Source: Botryllus schlosseri
Lineage: Eukaryota
Length of the DNA stretch: 64,000 nucleotides
Reading direction: 5' to 3'
Assembly: GCA_051294905.1 (NCBI GenBank)
Contig: CM119371.1
Location: 19,718,001-19,782,000 of the forward strand
Shown here: positions 37,749-50,400 of the stretch, in pieces
Layout: every line of letters starts with the position of its first letter
Numbering within the stretch: the first letter of the stretch is position 1
Position numbers and translations under genes: made by a program
The notes under the pieces: generated by a model
What the model was told of the DNA's origin: nothing
Databases searched by the model: none
The model's input: only the letters and a program-made list of their open reading frames with translations

Positions 37749-39589
37749 CTGCATTATAATATGAAATCGCAATTATCCTTGTGACGATGCAACCAGTACT
37801 TTGTTAGAGTATCGGGATCAGAACAGAAAAATGGGCATAACCAGCACGCAATCCGTGATTCAGACATTATCCAACTCAAGTTACTACATTTACAAAATAA
37901 CAAAGCTGTGTCAATAGAAGGGGTAAAATCAATATTGGAAATTCATTCATGATTTTATCATCTAATGCAAACGATTTTGATACTATAACACATAACGTAG
38001 CGCTGTCGTAGCCTACAACTGTTCATGCCAGGAATTTGCACCAGTTTTTACTGTATATAATTTTGCACTCTGCCGATTGCTACAAAGGACAGCGGTGCCA
38101 TGAGCTGCACTGTTACCATGCAGTATGACGCAAAATTTAAGAACAGCTGCACTATATATCTGCATCTGAAAGCTTACAATGAACCAAAACGCGTTGCTGC
38201 GTCACATTAACAAATAACAGTCGAGCTATTGAAATGGAAGACATCATGGCATACCGTTAATAAAGAGAACATATATCTTAATAGCTTCCTGATGTGCGTG
38301 ATGGATATTAATCATATTATCAGCACTTACCTTTCAATAAGTCGACTTGTCTCTGTTCTATACCGTTTCCTAACAAAACTTGAGCTAATTCGGAATCCAT
38401 TACGAACCAACTCACAATTCGACACTCGTGGAAGACGTGACACAAAATGCGGTCAACACTCTCTGATTCCCGCGCCAGACACACCATCGAGCACGAGATA
38501 CCGCATTTCGTTTCTGAGTTTATATTAGGAGATAAGAGGAGAATGAGGAATGAGCACGAGTTATGTCACTCACGCGAAAACACACCTCGCTCTCTCGCTG
38601 GAACGGTGTTTACTTCAATATTACGCAACTCGAGAGTAGGGAAAAAGTCATTTTGTGTCCAAGCGTAACGCTTGGAATTGAGAGTGTAATCTATTTATAG
38701 ATTTGCTGATTCTACTTTCAATTTAACTCCAGGACATGACACGTAATGATGACAGCGTCATTACCAGCATGTTAGCTTCAAATGCGCTCCCAGTAAAATA
38801 CGTAGATTTTATAAATATAAATACTTCTGCCCATACAGAGAATGAATCTACCTAACACACACACGTATCTGATTTTCCAATAGCAGCACTAAAAGTAATA
38901 AACTTGCAGGAGTGGCAAATGCAAAGTTGCACTCATGATCCGAAAGTCATTCTCGTTTCACCTTCTGCGATGTTTAGCAGTTGAAAGCTTTTAAAATGGG
39001 TGAGCCTTGAGGTCGGGATATCGCGCCAGCAATGAAATAAAGTTCTAGTAAGAATAAAACATAATTATCGCGGTGAAATAAATTATGAAAAAGTTTGGCC
39101 CAGTCCTTGAAGTAACTAGATTTTTCGTACTCATTTTTTGCAATATTTTATTGCATTTCTTGAGCCTTTCGCGGGCCGCACAGAACGGTGTTGCGGGTCG
39201 CATGCTACCCGTGAGCCGTAGTTTGCCCACCCCTGCGGTAGACCAATTCACGACAACACTTGTTGGTAAATTGACGTCAGCGTTATCGAACCACAAGCTA
39301 CCGAAAAAAAAACAAGAACCACAAAACCAACAAAGCTCATGATAGCTTTTCGTTCTATGCTAAGAGCGATGTTGGTGGCCTTCTATCTATCCCATCGACA
39401 GAAATTGACTTTATCTCGATGATAAGTAGCGAATGAAAAGATTGAAAATGCCTGACAGAACGTCACCGGAAAGTCATTTGCGAAAATCCTATTGATAATT
39501 CGTAAATTCGTATAGAATATTAACGGCAGTCTACACAATACAGATACACAATCATTCATGGACGGCCGCACGTTGGACACCGTTGAGCT

Positions 39590-39895
39590 GTTGTTGTTTG
39601 TGATATTCATGGTGTTTGTCGACAACTATTGTCATGTACACCAGGCCAATTTTTCTTTTTTAATCCGTAATTACCGACTTGTAACACGACCCACTTCCTG
39701 GCCTTTATAAGACACCGCTACCACGGATGAGATGGCGACGAGGAGCCTAGATAAACTTCCAACACTTGGATAGGAATTGTGAAGTCGACCTCGGTCGGAC
39801 TCGAACCCACACCCTATTGGTGTTGCAGCTGTGGATTACACTATAGAATGTAAACATGTTAAGATTCGATAATTATACCATTACGCTATCTCGCC
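39590..39895 (-). mobile_element. SINE family B copy
   Basis: Reverse complement of 34229-34512, with a short insertion in the tRNA head. Confidence 0.75.
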
Positions 39896-41110
39896 GCCCA
39901 CATCGTTGAACTAAACTGATTCATTTTGAAATGTTCATTTCACGTGAAATCGAGATGTTCGCCAAAACATGTTTTTTAAAATATCATTCTTTCCTTTCTC
40001 AATGCGCTCAAATTTCGCCTGACTTCCACATAAAGCATCCTCTTACAAATAGGATTTTCTGCGAAAACACTGATACCAAAGTTTTCCCATGACTAACACG
40101 GTTGAAAGGCTATATATACTCTCAGCTGCGTCCAACTTACTGAATGTCATCAGTTTACGTTGAACCTACGCAGTAGGTTTATGCGCTGAGGAGGTCATGG
40201 TAGTCAAGTCGTCTTTGGTACTAATATAGAGGTAGTAGAAGCGCCGTAAACATTTACTTTAGTACACGTAGAAGTAGAGGTTTCCGAGCAAGTGAAAAAG
40301 TGAGTACTCTATTCGCCCTATTTCGCCTAAAAACCGAAAACTGTTAAGTAGAACTATATAGACCTATTCTACTATCCCAAGCACTTAAAAAAGTAGTGCA
40401 TTCTTGAGCACTCTAAAAAAGTATAGGTTCATCGGACTTCGGATCATGACTTTTTGGATCCGAATAAGAATCTGTTAGACAAAATCAATTCAGTAGAATA
40501 GGACTGTATTTTGACGTGAATGTGGCCATGCGCGACAACTGTCGGATTACCGACAAAATACTGTCCCACAGTCAAGGTCCGCCATAATAGATGTGTTCTT
40601 TTATGAACATTGTCCAGCTTATTGCCATTGTATTTTGTATATGTTGTTATGATATGTACTGTACACGTATATGTTGTACTTATGAGGTATACATTCTGAA
40701 GTGAAGAAGTGGTTGAATTTTGCGGCGTAGTTCCAGCAATGGAGATGGTACCTAAATGTATAGCAATTTCAGTATTGCTCTCCTCTTGTATGTTTAGAAA
40801 ACCAGAAACTTTGAACAGAGACTCGTCAGTCGCTCATCCAGGTCTTTTTAAGTCCCAATAAGCTATGACAGGAGGAACCAGATATGTCGTTGCAGAGCGC
40901 AAAGTTCCTTCCCACCGGCAGCGCTACAGTAGGGAATGTCATAGTTGAGCACTGATTAACCGGAATAGAGTACCAGAACAACCCAAAACGGCATGACACA
41001 TTTCTCATACCACATTCGTGTGATTACGGGTTTAATCTTGTTTCAGAAAAAACAAACCTTTGTGTGATTCCTGTCCTGCTGAAACGAAAATACTTATCCC
41101 GTAAATCTCT

Positions 41111-41405
41111 ATGGACTGTTTTGGCAACCTCAGTATGATTGGCATTACCTTGGCGTTTTCGCTGTCTTTGGTGGCGGCAGCTCGGGGACAGAGCGAATCC
41201 ATATGTGCAAAATTACTTGGCTTTTACCAAGCAACCTGTTCGCCCGGCGTAGAGGATGCTCTTACCATTGCTGTACAGGGCCCGCCAGGAGAACGTGGTG
41301 CGCGCGGTGAAAAAGGAGACCGGGGAAGTCCGGGTAGAACCGGTGTGTCCGCCGAAATTGACTACGGTCGAGTTGAAAGCATCGTATCAGGGATATTTGC
41401 GGAAG
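41111..41405 (+). CDS. ITLN: Intelectin coding exon 1 (signal peptide, Cys pair, collagen repeat)
   Basis: MDCFGNLSMIGITLAFSLSLVAAARG...GPPGERGARGEKGDRGSPGRTGVS...; donor GAAG|GTGAC. Confidence 0.85.
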
Positions 41406-44400
41406 GTGACTTTGGGCATATCGTCATACATTGGCAAACACCGAGCATAGATTTCAAATTCCAACCAGACACATAATCGGGGATTTTAACGGCGGAGGTG
41501 GTTAGCAACGAAATATTTCCATGTTTTCTTAGTGGGATACTTAAATACATTTGGTCTACTTACTAGGGATAGTGTGAACGTGAGGTTCACGTTCGCGCTC
41601 TGTGTGTGAACCTCAGAAATTTGGAGGTTCACGTTCAAAAACGAACCTTGGTATGCTCTGCAATGTGAACCTTTTCATACAATACAATTTTCCACGTCAT
41701 TTTAACATCTTTGGTTGAAATTCTTTGCATTTCAACGGCGGGCCACTATATGCATGGCGCTGGCAGCATAAAAAATCGACACCAAACGAGCGTGCACCTT
41801 GGCAATCTCAAATTTTTTACTTGCATGCTATGTTACAAAAGTTCGCTTGAAATATCCAGTTTTCCGTTTGTGAATGTTTAGGGACTCTGCTGTGAGCTTG
41901 ACCCGCAATCACGCAACATCAAGAGCAAAATGCGCTACAGGTAGGTAGTCAGCGAATGATGCATATTCAACAGATCAATGAAATCCATATAAAAAATACA
42001 TCGTTGTCTAATGTAAAAAAACTAGCAGGCGTATGGGGTCCATCTTGACTACAAATGTTTATTGTATCATAAAAACCAAATCCGTGTGATTAGGGTGTTG
42101 GCTATCTCTTGTATAACTTGTTAATGGGATAATATCGGTAGCAAGTATAGAAAGCCGTTTTACACTCTGCTCAATATCAATGTAAGGATACTCAGACGCC
42201 GAATACATATTCCGGTCTGGCGTAAGCTTATATTCTCTTGCAAGTCCTCAACGAAATTGTTGGCAAAGCGACTGCAGATGTTGATTTTATGGGATTATTA
42301 TATCATTTGTTTGCTCCAGTCGATACATTTGGCGACGACTAAAAAGTCAATATGTAGTATGTACTTCCCCATTGTTGCATAATGTGACCCGAGTTGTCGC
42401 TAGGTATGGTGCACACTGCACAATGCACAATCATATATCAAGTCACTGAAATCTAGGGTTGGAATTAGCAATATGACGTCACGTGACGTCATGAGGTTCA
42501 CGTGCGCGTTCATACAGAACCTTTCAAAAAAGTTCGCGTTCACACGAACCTGAACCTTTGAGAGGTTCACACCATCCCTACTACTTACCCTAATGATTAT
42601 GCTTTTGGACCATATACATTTCTACTTAACATTTTGGAAGGCAGAATTACCAACCTTTCATACTTACGAATTTGAAAACGTAGAATGTAGTTTAGCAGAA
42701 ACTTGCAGCACTTTAACAGCAACACTGACTACTTTGACTACTTCTGAGTTTACGTTATTGCCGGACAGGTATTCACATTCATATTTTATCCGAATTACAG
42801 ACTTCGGGTACGAATCAATTTGGTAAACGTATAGTAAGGATATGAGTTATATTGTATGTTCGTTCGCATGTTTTGACACGGTTCGTGTAACCCTGACGTG
42901 CTCCTACAATGCGTTACATTCCAGGTATGATTTATTCTGAAGTAACATATTCATTTCTCAAGTGATGACATTGGCCAGGGTCACTGTTAACAAAAACGCA
43001 CACGCTAGCTTTCTGCACTAAATCCGGAATCCAGGTGTGGAGACAGGTTCCGTTAGAATAAAGTATCAGCTTTTTCTGTTGTTCCGAATAAGCTTGGTAT
43101 CTATTTAAAGCTGTGGTGGTTCGCACATCTTTCATAATACGTACGCGTAATAGCCAATTCATAGCTATGTATGATCACGTAAACCATGGCGATGAAAAGT
43201 GACAATAATTTAGAGAAGGGAATTTGGAACTTGGAACATTGGAACTTGAATGACATGAATTGAAACCTGTGTCTTTCATAGATTTCATGACGGTCGGATC
43301 AATAGCACAACCGGCCTCCAGTTGCAATGAAATTAATCGAGTCAGCCCAGGAGCGGACAACGGACTCTACTATTTGCGGGATACGGAGGTAACGAACGAT
43401 ACGTCTTTTTTAAACTTTTTGTGTTTTGTTTTTCCGAAGATTATTTACAGCTCATCTGCTGAGCAATAATACGAAAGGGCGAATGCTATGCACATGTTGT
43501 GTTCCGCCTACAAACATTTAAAGTCCATGTTGTGGCAAATTGATAGAAATATCCTTGGCTCCGTTCGCGAAATTGCCAAAATTTTTAGGAGCCAATACGA
43601 ATAACCCGTACCCTAAAATATGGCGCAACCAATTGACAAACGTGACGCCTGAGCTTGTTGATAATTTTTGAGTGAGAACAGCGTTGTCATTGCAAGAAGG
43701 AATGCGTTGTTTTGATTGATTGCGTTAACAATTATGCTGTCACTTAGCCTCCGACGACTATAGTCTATAAGCACGAGTGTCTTTAAGCTGGGATTAGGAA
43801 GTTATAAAGCAGTGGCTGGCGTCATTCACAAAACAAAGTCTGTTGTATGATTTATCCGCAGACAAATCATGAAGGCAATTACCGCAATTACGCGGGTAAT
43901 ATATGATCAATGATCGTTCATCATTCATCATAAAACTGTAGGTTACTATTACTGTGATACTGGTGGTGAATCCGCAGGCAGTATATTTGAGTACGCCAAT
44001 CGTAAATGGAACAACTGTGAAGTTCATTTCACCGACCTATCTCGATTATTACCTCCGTTGACCAGAGGTGGTCAGTAACGAAGTACTTCTACTTTTTGAA
44101 GTACTTGAAGTAGATTTTGCCTACTCACACTACTTTTTAAGTAGTTATGATTTAAGACTACTTCTACTTCTACTTGACAGTTTTCAGTTTTGTAGGCAAA
44201 AATAGGCGTAGAATACCTACTTACTTACTTGCTTGTGAACCTCCACTCCTACTTCTACTTGAGTAGCGACGGTGACTACTTTGACCACCTCTGCCGTTGA
44301 CTGGAATAGAATAAAATAATGGCTGTACATTGTGTACAACCAAGGGCGTAGAAAACATGACAATTCCAAGGGGGGAATTGACTCGCCCTGATGTTACTCA

Positions 44401-47400
44401 GACATAAAATAGACAGGAAAATGTCCAAAACATGATTTACACCCATTTGCAATCGCCACACGACACAACAAAATCCGTACAGGGGCCACGCCCTATGTCT
44501 TCTACCGATAGGCCTAGGTTTATAATTGTATATCATGGACTCGACTTGTAAGGGGTTACAGTATTGCACAAAATCGTTTTTTCAACTCTCTGAGTTTTCG
44601 AGTATTTTATCCTATATTTTGGCTGATAATTATAGACTGGGGCTATACATCTACTTGCGTATGCGTGACCTATACAGCGCCCTTTTGCGTGTTTAATCAA
44701 CTATTTATATGTCCCTCGATTCAAAATAAATGGGGACTTCATCTGTATTTAAAACAGTTAGCAAAATCCAATGACTTTGAATCATTTCTCGTACTTCGAA
44801 AATCCAAGTTGACTCGAAAAGTGACTTGACTCGACTTGACTCGAGTCGCCTCCAAAAATCAAGTGACTTGACTTGACTCGAGTCACCTTTGGAAATTGAA
44901 CGACTTGACTTGACTCGATTCAAAATGTGCAATGACTCGAGATGATTTGTGACTCGAAGGTAGTGACTTGATCCCAACACGGGTACCGCGTCAAAAAAGT
45001 CCTGTATCTTCGAAACTGAATATCTTTTCGTAGACTGTACCCATTCGCAGTATCGCTGATCGTCGAGATATTCGCAGAGATATATATTGCAATTTCGAAA
45101 GAAGTCAACCTTGATTTAACTGCTAAAATTATTCGACTCCTCGACCACTTGAACTTTGGAAACTACACTTGACTGCTTTTCAGCCTTTTATTTTCTGCTT
45201 CTAAGTGAAGTAGTGTTGGCTACTACTTTCCGTGACTCATTGCCCATTTTGAGTCAATGCCCCCTATTCTATGTATAGAGAATATACCTTCACCAGGAAC
45301 ATTTGTCTCTGAAGGGGCATGTATTCCAAACGTACTGCGATTTCAACGTCGCAGCCGGCGGCTGGACTCTGGTTGCGTCCGTTCACGAGAATAACATGAA
45401 AGGGAGATGCACGGCGGGCGATCGCTGGTCGAGCGAACAAGGAAACGGGGCCGGCCATCCGGACGGAGACGGATTTTGGGAGAACAGAGCGACGCACGGG
45501 TCGGCAACTTCTGCCGCGAGCGACGATTACAAGAACTCGGGATATTTCGCCATGAACGCTACTGATGTCATGATATGGCAAGTGCCCAACGACACTCCTC
45601 TCTCCGATTTCGCCGCGAGGTTAGTAACGAGAGATTGCTATGGAGCTCTAGTGCTCAAAATATTTGGAGTGGGCTTTATTGGTAATGTGGCCACATTAAA
45701 GATAATGAATGCCAATACCACGAGGGCCATAATAGCGGGGCATGCAAATTAGCGAGTAGAAATATTGAGACAATCATTCGTAGCTTTGTGCTGCATGTTT
45801 TTGATGTTGCAATATGACCCATTGACCATTAACCAAATCGAGTTTGAAGGCTTTCACGGTTAAGAAAATACATTGAAATTATACAAGCGTCGTTGCTAAT
45901 ATAACTCTTGGTGAAAGGGGCGTTTAATTTCATATCACGAAAAAAACCGCCTCTTCCTACCCCAATAATCTACTCATTGCAATTAGTATCTGATTAGGAT
46001 TCAAGCACTCAAATCATTGTGCCTAGTCCAGCCCTAATTATATCAATCACAATGATATATTATTCTTGGAAGTGAGTTTGATTCTGAATCTTGGTTAAAG
46101 AATGACTAGTTATCTGAGAATAGGAATAAGAATATGAATAGGAAGTTATATAGTATGCATTTTTGTCCTTGCTGTTTCTGCCGCATATCCTGCAACCTAA
46201 AGCTTAGTCGTCTATGGTTGTACGCGATGACGATGTAGGCCTACAGGTATCTTAATCGACCCGCGTGGGTTCTAGAATCCTCTATTATTAGGCCAATTTA
46301 GCTTGAAGACCAATCACACTCTCGAATGTAGTTCCAATTATTGGTCTGTCTGTTGTTTGTGGTGTTCATGGCATTTGTCGACTACAATGGCCATTTACAC
46401 CAGGACGATAGTTCTTACTTTTTGATTTCGTAGCTCCCGACTTGTAGCACGATCACTTATATGCTTTTAAGACACCGCATACGCGGATGATATGGCGAGG
46501 AGGAGCCTATTAGATAAGCCTCCAACACCTAAGTAGGAATTCAGGAGTCGACCTCGGTCGGACTCGAACCCACAACCCATTGGTGTCGTAACTCGTAGCT
46601 GTGGGTTATACCACTACGCTATCTCGCCACTAGAATCATTGGTTCTTGTTCCACTTGTTCAGTTTCTTATACCTGTTCACACTTCTAACGCCGTTTTAGA
46701 GCTTTTCTAAAGTATCACACATCAAATGGCTTCATGACGCGCTTTGGCGGTAATCTCGCGTCCCTGTTCTCGCTTCATTACAACATAAAATCGAAGCAAT
46801 ACCGGACGAATCTGGACAACGGTCCCGCCATTCCAATCACGTGGGAGGTTGGGAGTAACCAGGAATTGATGAACCTGTACGGATCAAGCATCAGAGGCGA
46901 AGTAGACGCTGGGTATATCCAGGTAATATTGCATGTCTGCGTTATGTCTGGTTGTTTTAGTAAGAAGTGATATATATAACACGTATATTATTAGCATCAA
47001 GTGATCATTGTCAGATATGGCAGAAGTAGTTAGCGGTGACGCCGTACATTCCCAGTCAATTACAGGTAGAAGTTGCCATTTCCGAGAAATGTCTAACTTC
47101 CTTTAAGTGAAAGTACAAAATGAATGTCGTAGAAGTACCGATATAAGCAGTTCCAAAAAGTAGATTGGGTCGGGTGGTCGAATACTTTTAACACGCAATC
47201 GGAAGTGCTGTTGGAATTGCAGGGATGCATCTGCTCGACTATCTTACCAAAATAAACGACATTACAAATCGGTGTATTTTCAAAAATATATTCTGTTATC
47301 GTGGTGCGGGGGCCATTTCGCTTTTACGACAATTTCACTCGTGACGGGGATGCCAGCATTATTCAATATTATACTTTCTAATTTGCAAAGTGGAGAAGTG

Positions 47401-50400
47401 AGTAGTTTTGCCTGCTCACGTGGAAGTGGAAGTTTTCCAGACATATAAGCACGTACGAGCATAAGCAGTGTAAATAGGAAAACCCTCTTTGAATACTCCG
47501 ACGAAGTAGAAATACTTCATTACTGACCACATACGATCAATGTTCCTTAAACTCCCGCCCCCGCCTTTGCGTCCTTCAGGGCGAACTGCCGGCACATAGC
47601 ACGGCTAAATGCCGAGTTCGCTAGTTAAAATGGAAGCGGCACTTGTGTATCGGGGTCGAATATATACCACACCGAAACGGAACCCGCTGTGAGCCCGACG
47701 GTTGATAGCTCGATGGCCCTATTTGAGCCCACAAACTAGCACATTATCACATCGTTAAGTAATCGCGTGGGAACTAAGTTCGGTATTTTACAAATTCGAA
47801 CCCGATTTCGGCTAGAACCCGAAATTCACGCCCGAACCTTGACTAATGTGTCGCTCAGACACCACCACGAGCATATCTAGGATTTATATAAGTTCTTGAA
47901 GATTTAGATATGCAATATAGGATGGATTAAATTAGCTCATAGTTCATCATTATACTTGTATAGGCAAGGTATACCTGAGATTTCCTGCTCGATTGGCCGG
48001 CAAGAAAACATTGGAATTACATAAATAATGATATGTATAGGAGTTCGGATATCAATCATTTTCACTATCCGGATAACGGATATATCCGTATATTTGGAAT
48101 TTAGCTAACCGGTTAACCGGATAGTGAATCCTAAGTGAGATAATCGATTTCACGAGGTCTGCATGAAAAATGGATCGCAAAATCATTACACAGTGTAATT
48201 GCAGCGCCCTCCTTATAAAGCACACCGCATCAATAGTGGCATCCTGTAGCCGGGACCGGAGTTTTGTAACATAGAGTCCACACGTATTAAATGCTCTTTC
48301 TGCTTCCACAAAATGGGCTGAATTATAGTAGTCTAAGCAAGGCTGAATATAGTAAGCAGCGCTTCCTTTTTGCCCATCCTTCTGTTTAGGTGTCCAGTAC
48401 TGGAAGGACGAGTAGCTGATACCGGAATTGAGGCCGACATGATAGCTCGCTCTAATTCTTCCATGAGAAATTCAAATGATCAGGCCCGTAGCCAGCCGAA
48501 AAATAAGGGGGGTGTTTTGAATAAAACGAGGTGGTTTCGATAGTTTTTCGAATTTAGTATCAGCGGAAATCAATTACGCTTGCAAGCACGAACATGTTTC
48601 CGGAATGCGAACATTCGATGTCATTCAGTTTCGCAATGTCACTCATTAATCAGAATCGCTGATCATAATAATCTCAGCGGCATATTGTTTCCAAGCCACC
48701 AAGAGATAGGAGCCAACACATGCCAGGCCCGAGACTATGGTTACGCCAGCGATGATATCGTTCGTACCATGCCTATTGCAGATACGATTGCGCTGGCCAG
48801 CGATAATATCGTGAGCACCAAGCCAATGCACATGCGATGATGTAGGCCAGAGATGGTGTAATGTCCACAGAGCCTATTGCAGATGTGATTCTGCCAGCGG
48901 AACTATAGACTTGTTGAAGACTCGAAAAACCAGGCCAGCAACGATAGCCGAGTTCGCGGCAATCAATGACCTAATTTGGCGATCTTCTCAGCGGGAGATT
49001 GCGTCGCGTTACACTACACCAGGGGTTCTCAACTTTCCTTGTATAACGGGCCGCATTTTAACAGCAAAAGACGCTGCGGGCCGCAGAACTATGTTACCTT
49101 GCATTCATGGGCTACTATTAAATTTAGGCTATTGTAGCCGATTTACCAGTCGTATACCGGCATTTAGTACATTTCTATGTATTATAAAGTAATAATGAAC
49201 AGCGTTCGTAAGTTTGCAGCTGCTGCTTGTGAGAATGTGTATCTTCTAGCGGCGCATGTAAATCCCTTCATGGAGCGTGCATTACATTCGTTGTCAAGTC
49301 GGTATATGCAACTTCAAATCCTTCCACCAGAGAGCCGAACTCTTTGTTCCAATGCGTGGGCGAGCAAGTATAAAATTACTATAACTTTTGCGTTACAGAG
49401 ACCATTATCACATTGAGCTCTGAGTGATATGAGAAGAAATCTGGTGTTTGGGGGCATTTCTAAGCAAAACAATCAACATTTCTCCTTTCCGTTCATGCCT
49501 AGGGCACTGTACCAGTAGTTACAGAAGTCAGCTTTGTCAAGTTGATATTTTTCGCTGGTCCCCTCCCCACGTTTGCCCGGCCAGTATTTCTCTGCATATA
49601 TGTCCACTCTGATGAAATTCAACCAGATAATTAGTTATACAATGTCGGTGGATTCATCCAAGGCTGCGTAAAAGTAGTCTACGCGGCAACGTGTTTCAGA
49701 ACAGGCGATAAAAGATTGACTAATATTGATGTTACTCGTCTGGTCAGGATTGAATCAGACGATTGCATCTTCGAAATTTGTCTGGTGATGTTGTCCTTGC
49801 TGCTAAGTTCCGGAAACAGCAAATATTCGCAAAGTATGTTACGATTTTATTGAAATCACACCTTCTATATCAGATTTCTTGGGTTTAGCGATATTCGAAG
49901 CAATTTTAAGCGATGCGTCTGTAACGTCGTCGGCAATCTCAACAACCGTTCGCAGTGAGTCAAACACTCTTTAAAAGTGTAGGCCTACTAAGAAGCGGGA
50001 TTCTCTTGAACCAGAGTCCAGCCGAATAATGATTCGAAACAATACCAATCTGAAGTCGAGCATATATCAAGAAACGAGAGCACATTGAAGCAGTGGTTCT
50101 CAAACATTTTTTAGTCACGCCCCCCCCCCTTTTTGATAGGGAAAAATTTTGTGCCCCCTTATTATCGTCATATAACAAAATGCAACCAGAATGCTAGCAA
50201 TACAAACGGCTAGTTTGATGGCATGGAAGGTTATAGCCGTTGATCAGAGAATTCTCAAATATGATATTCGGACTATACAATACACAGAGAAATAACAGTG
50301 AATTAGGGATAAATTGCGCGCAGCGCGAAATTTTTTTCAGTTGACCGCACCTTCGCGCCCCCTTCAGATGCTTCACGCACCAAAGAGGGCGCGTGCCCCC

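Larger units (their letters stand above)
31972..38686 (-). mobile_element. Old CACTA/EnSpm-like element (6.7 kb) carrying a decayed spliced gene
   Basis: Ends CACTGTAAATTTCAA and (reverse complement) CACTCTCAATTCCAA, 12/15 match, each flanked by TA; contains phase-compatible exon remnants. Confidence 0.55.

Noticed and set aside
45620..45752. ORF extensions past intelectin exon ends (also 41406-41476, 43389-43469, 46923-46970)
   Set aside because: Homology stops at GT donors and resumes in phase at the next exon; the extensions are intron.
48580..48840. 86-aa ORF with repeated ASD(D/N)IV
   Set aside because: Arises from a short imperfect tandem repeat inside a hAT relic; no ATG and no splice support.
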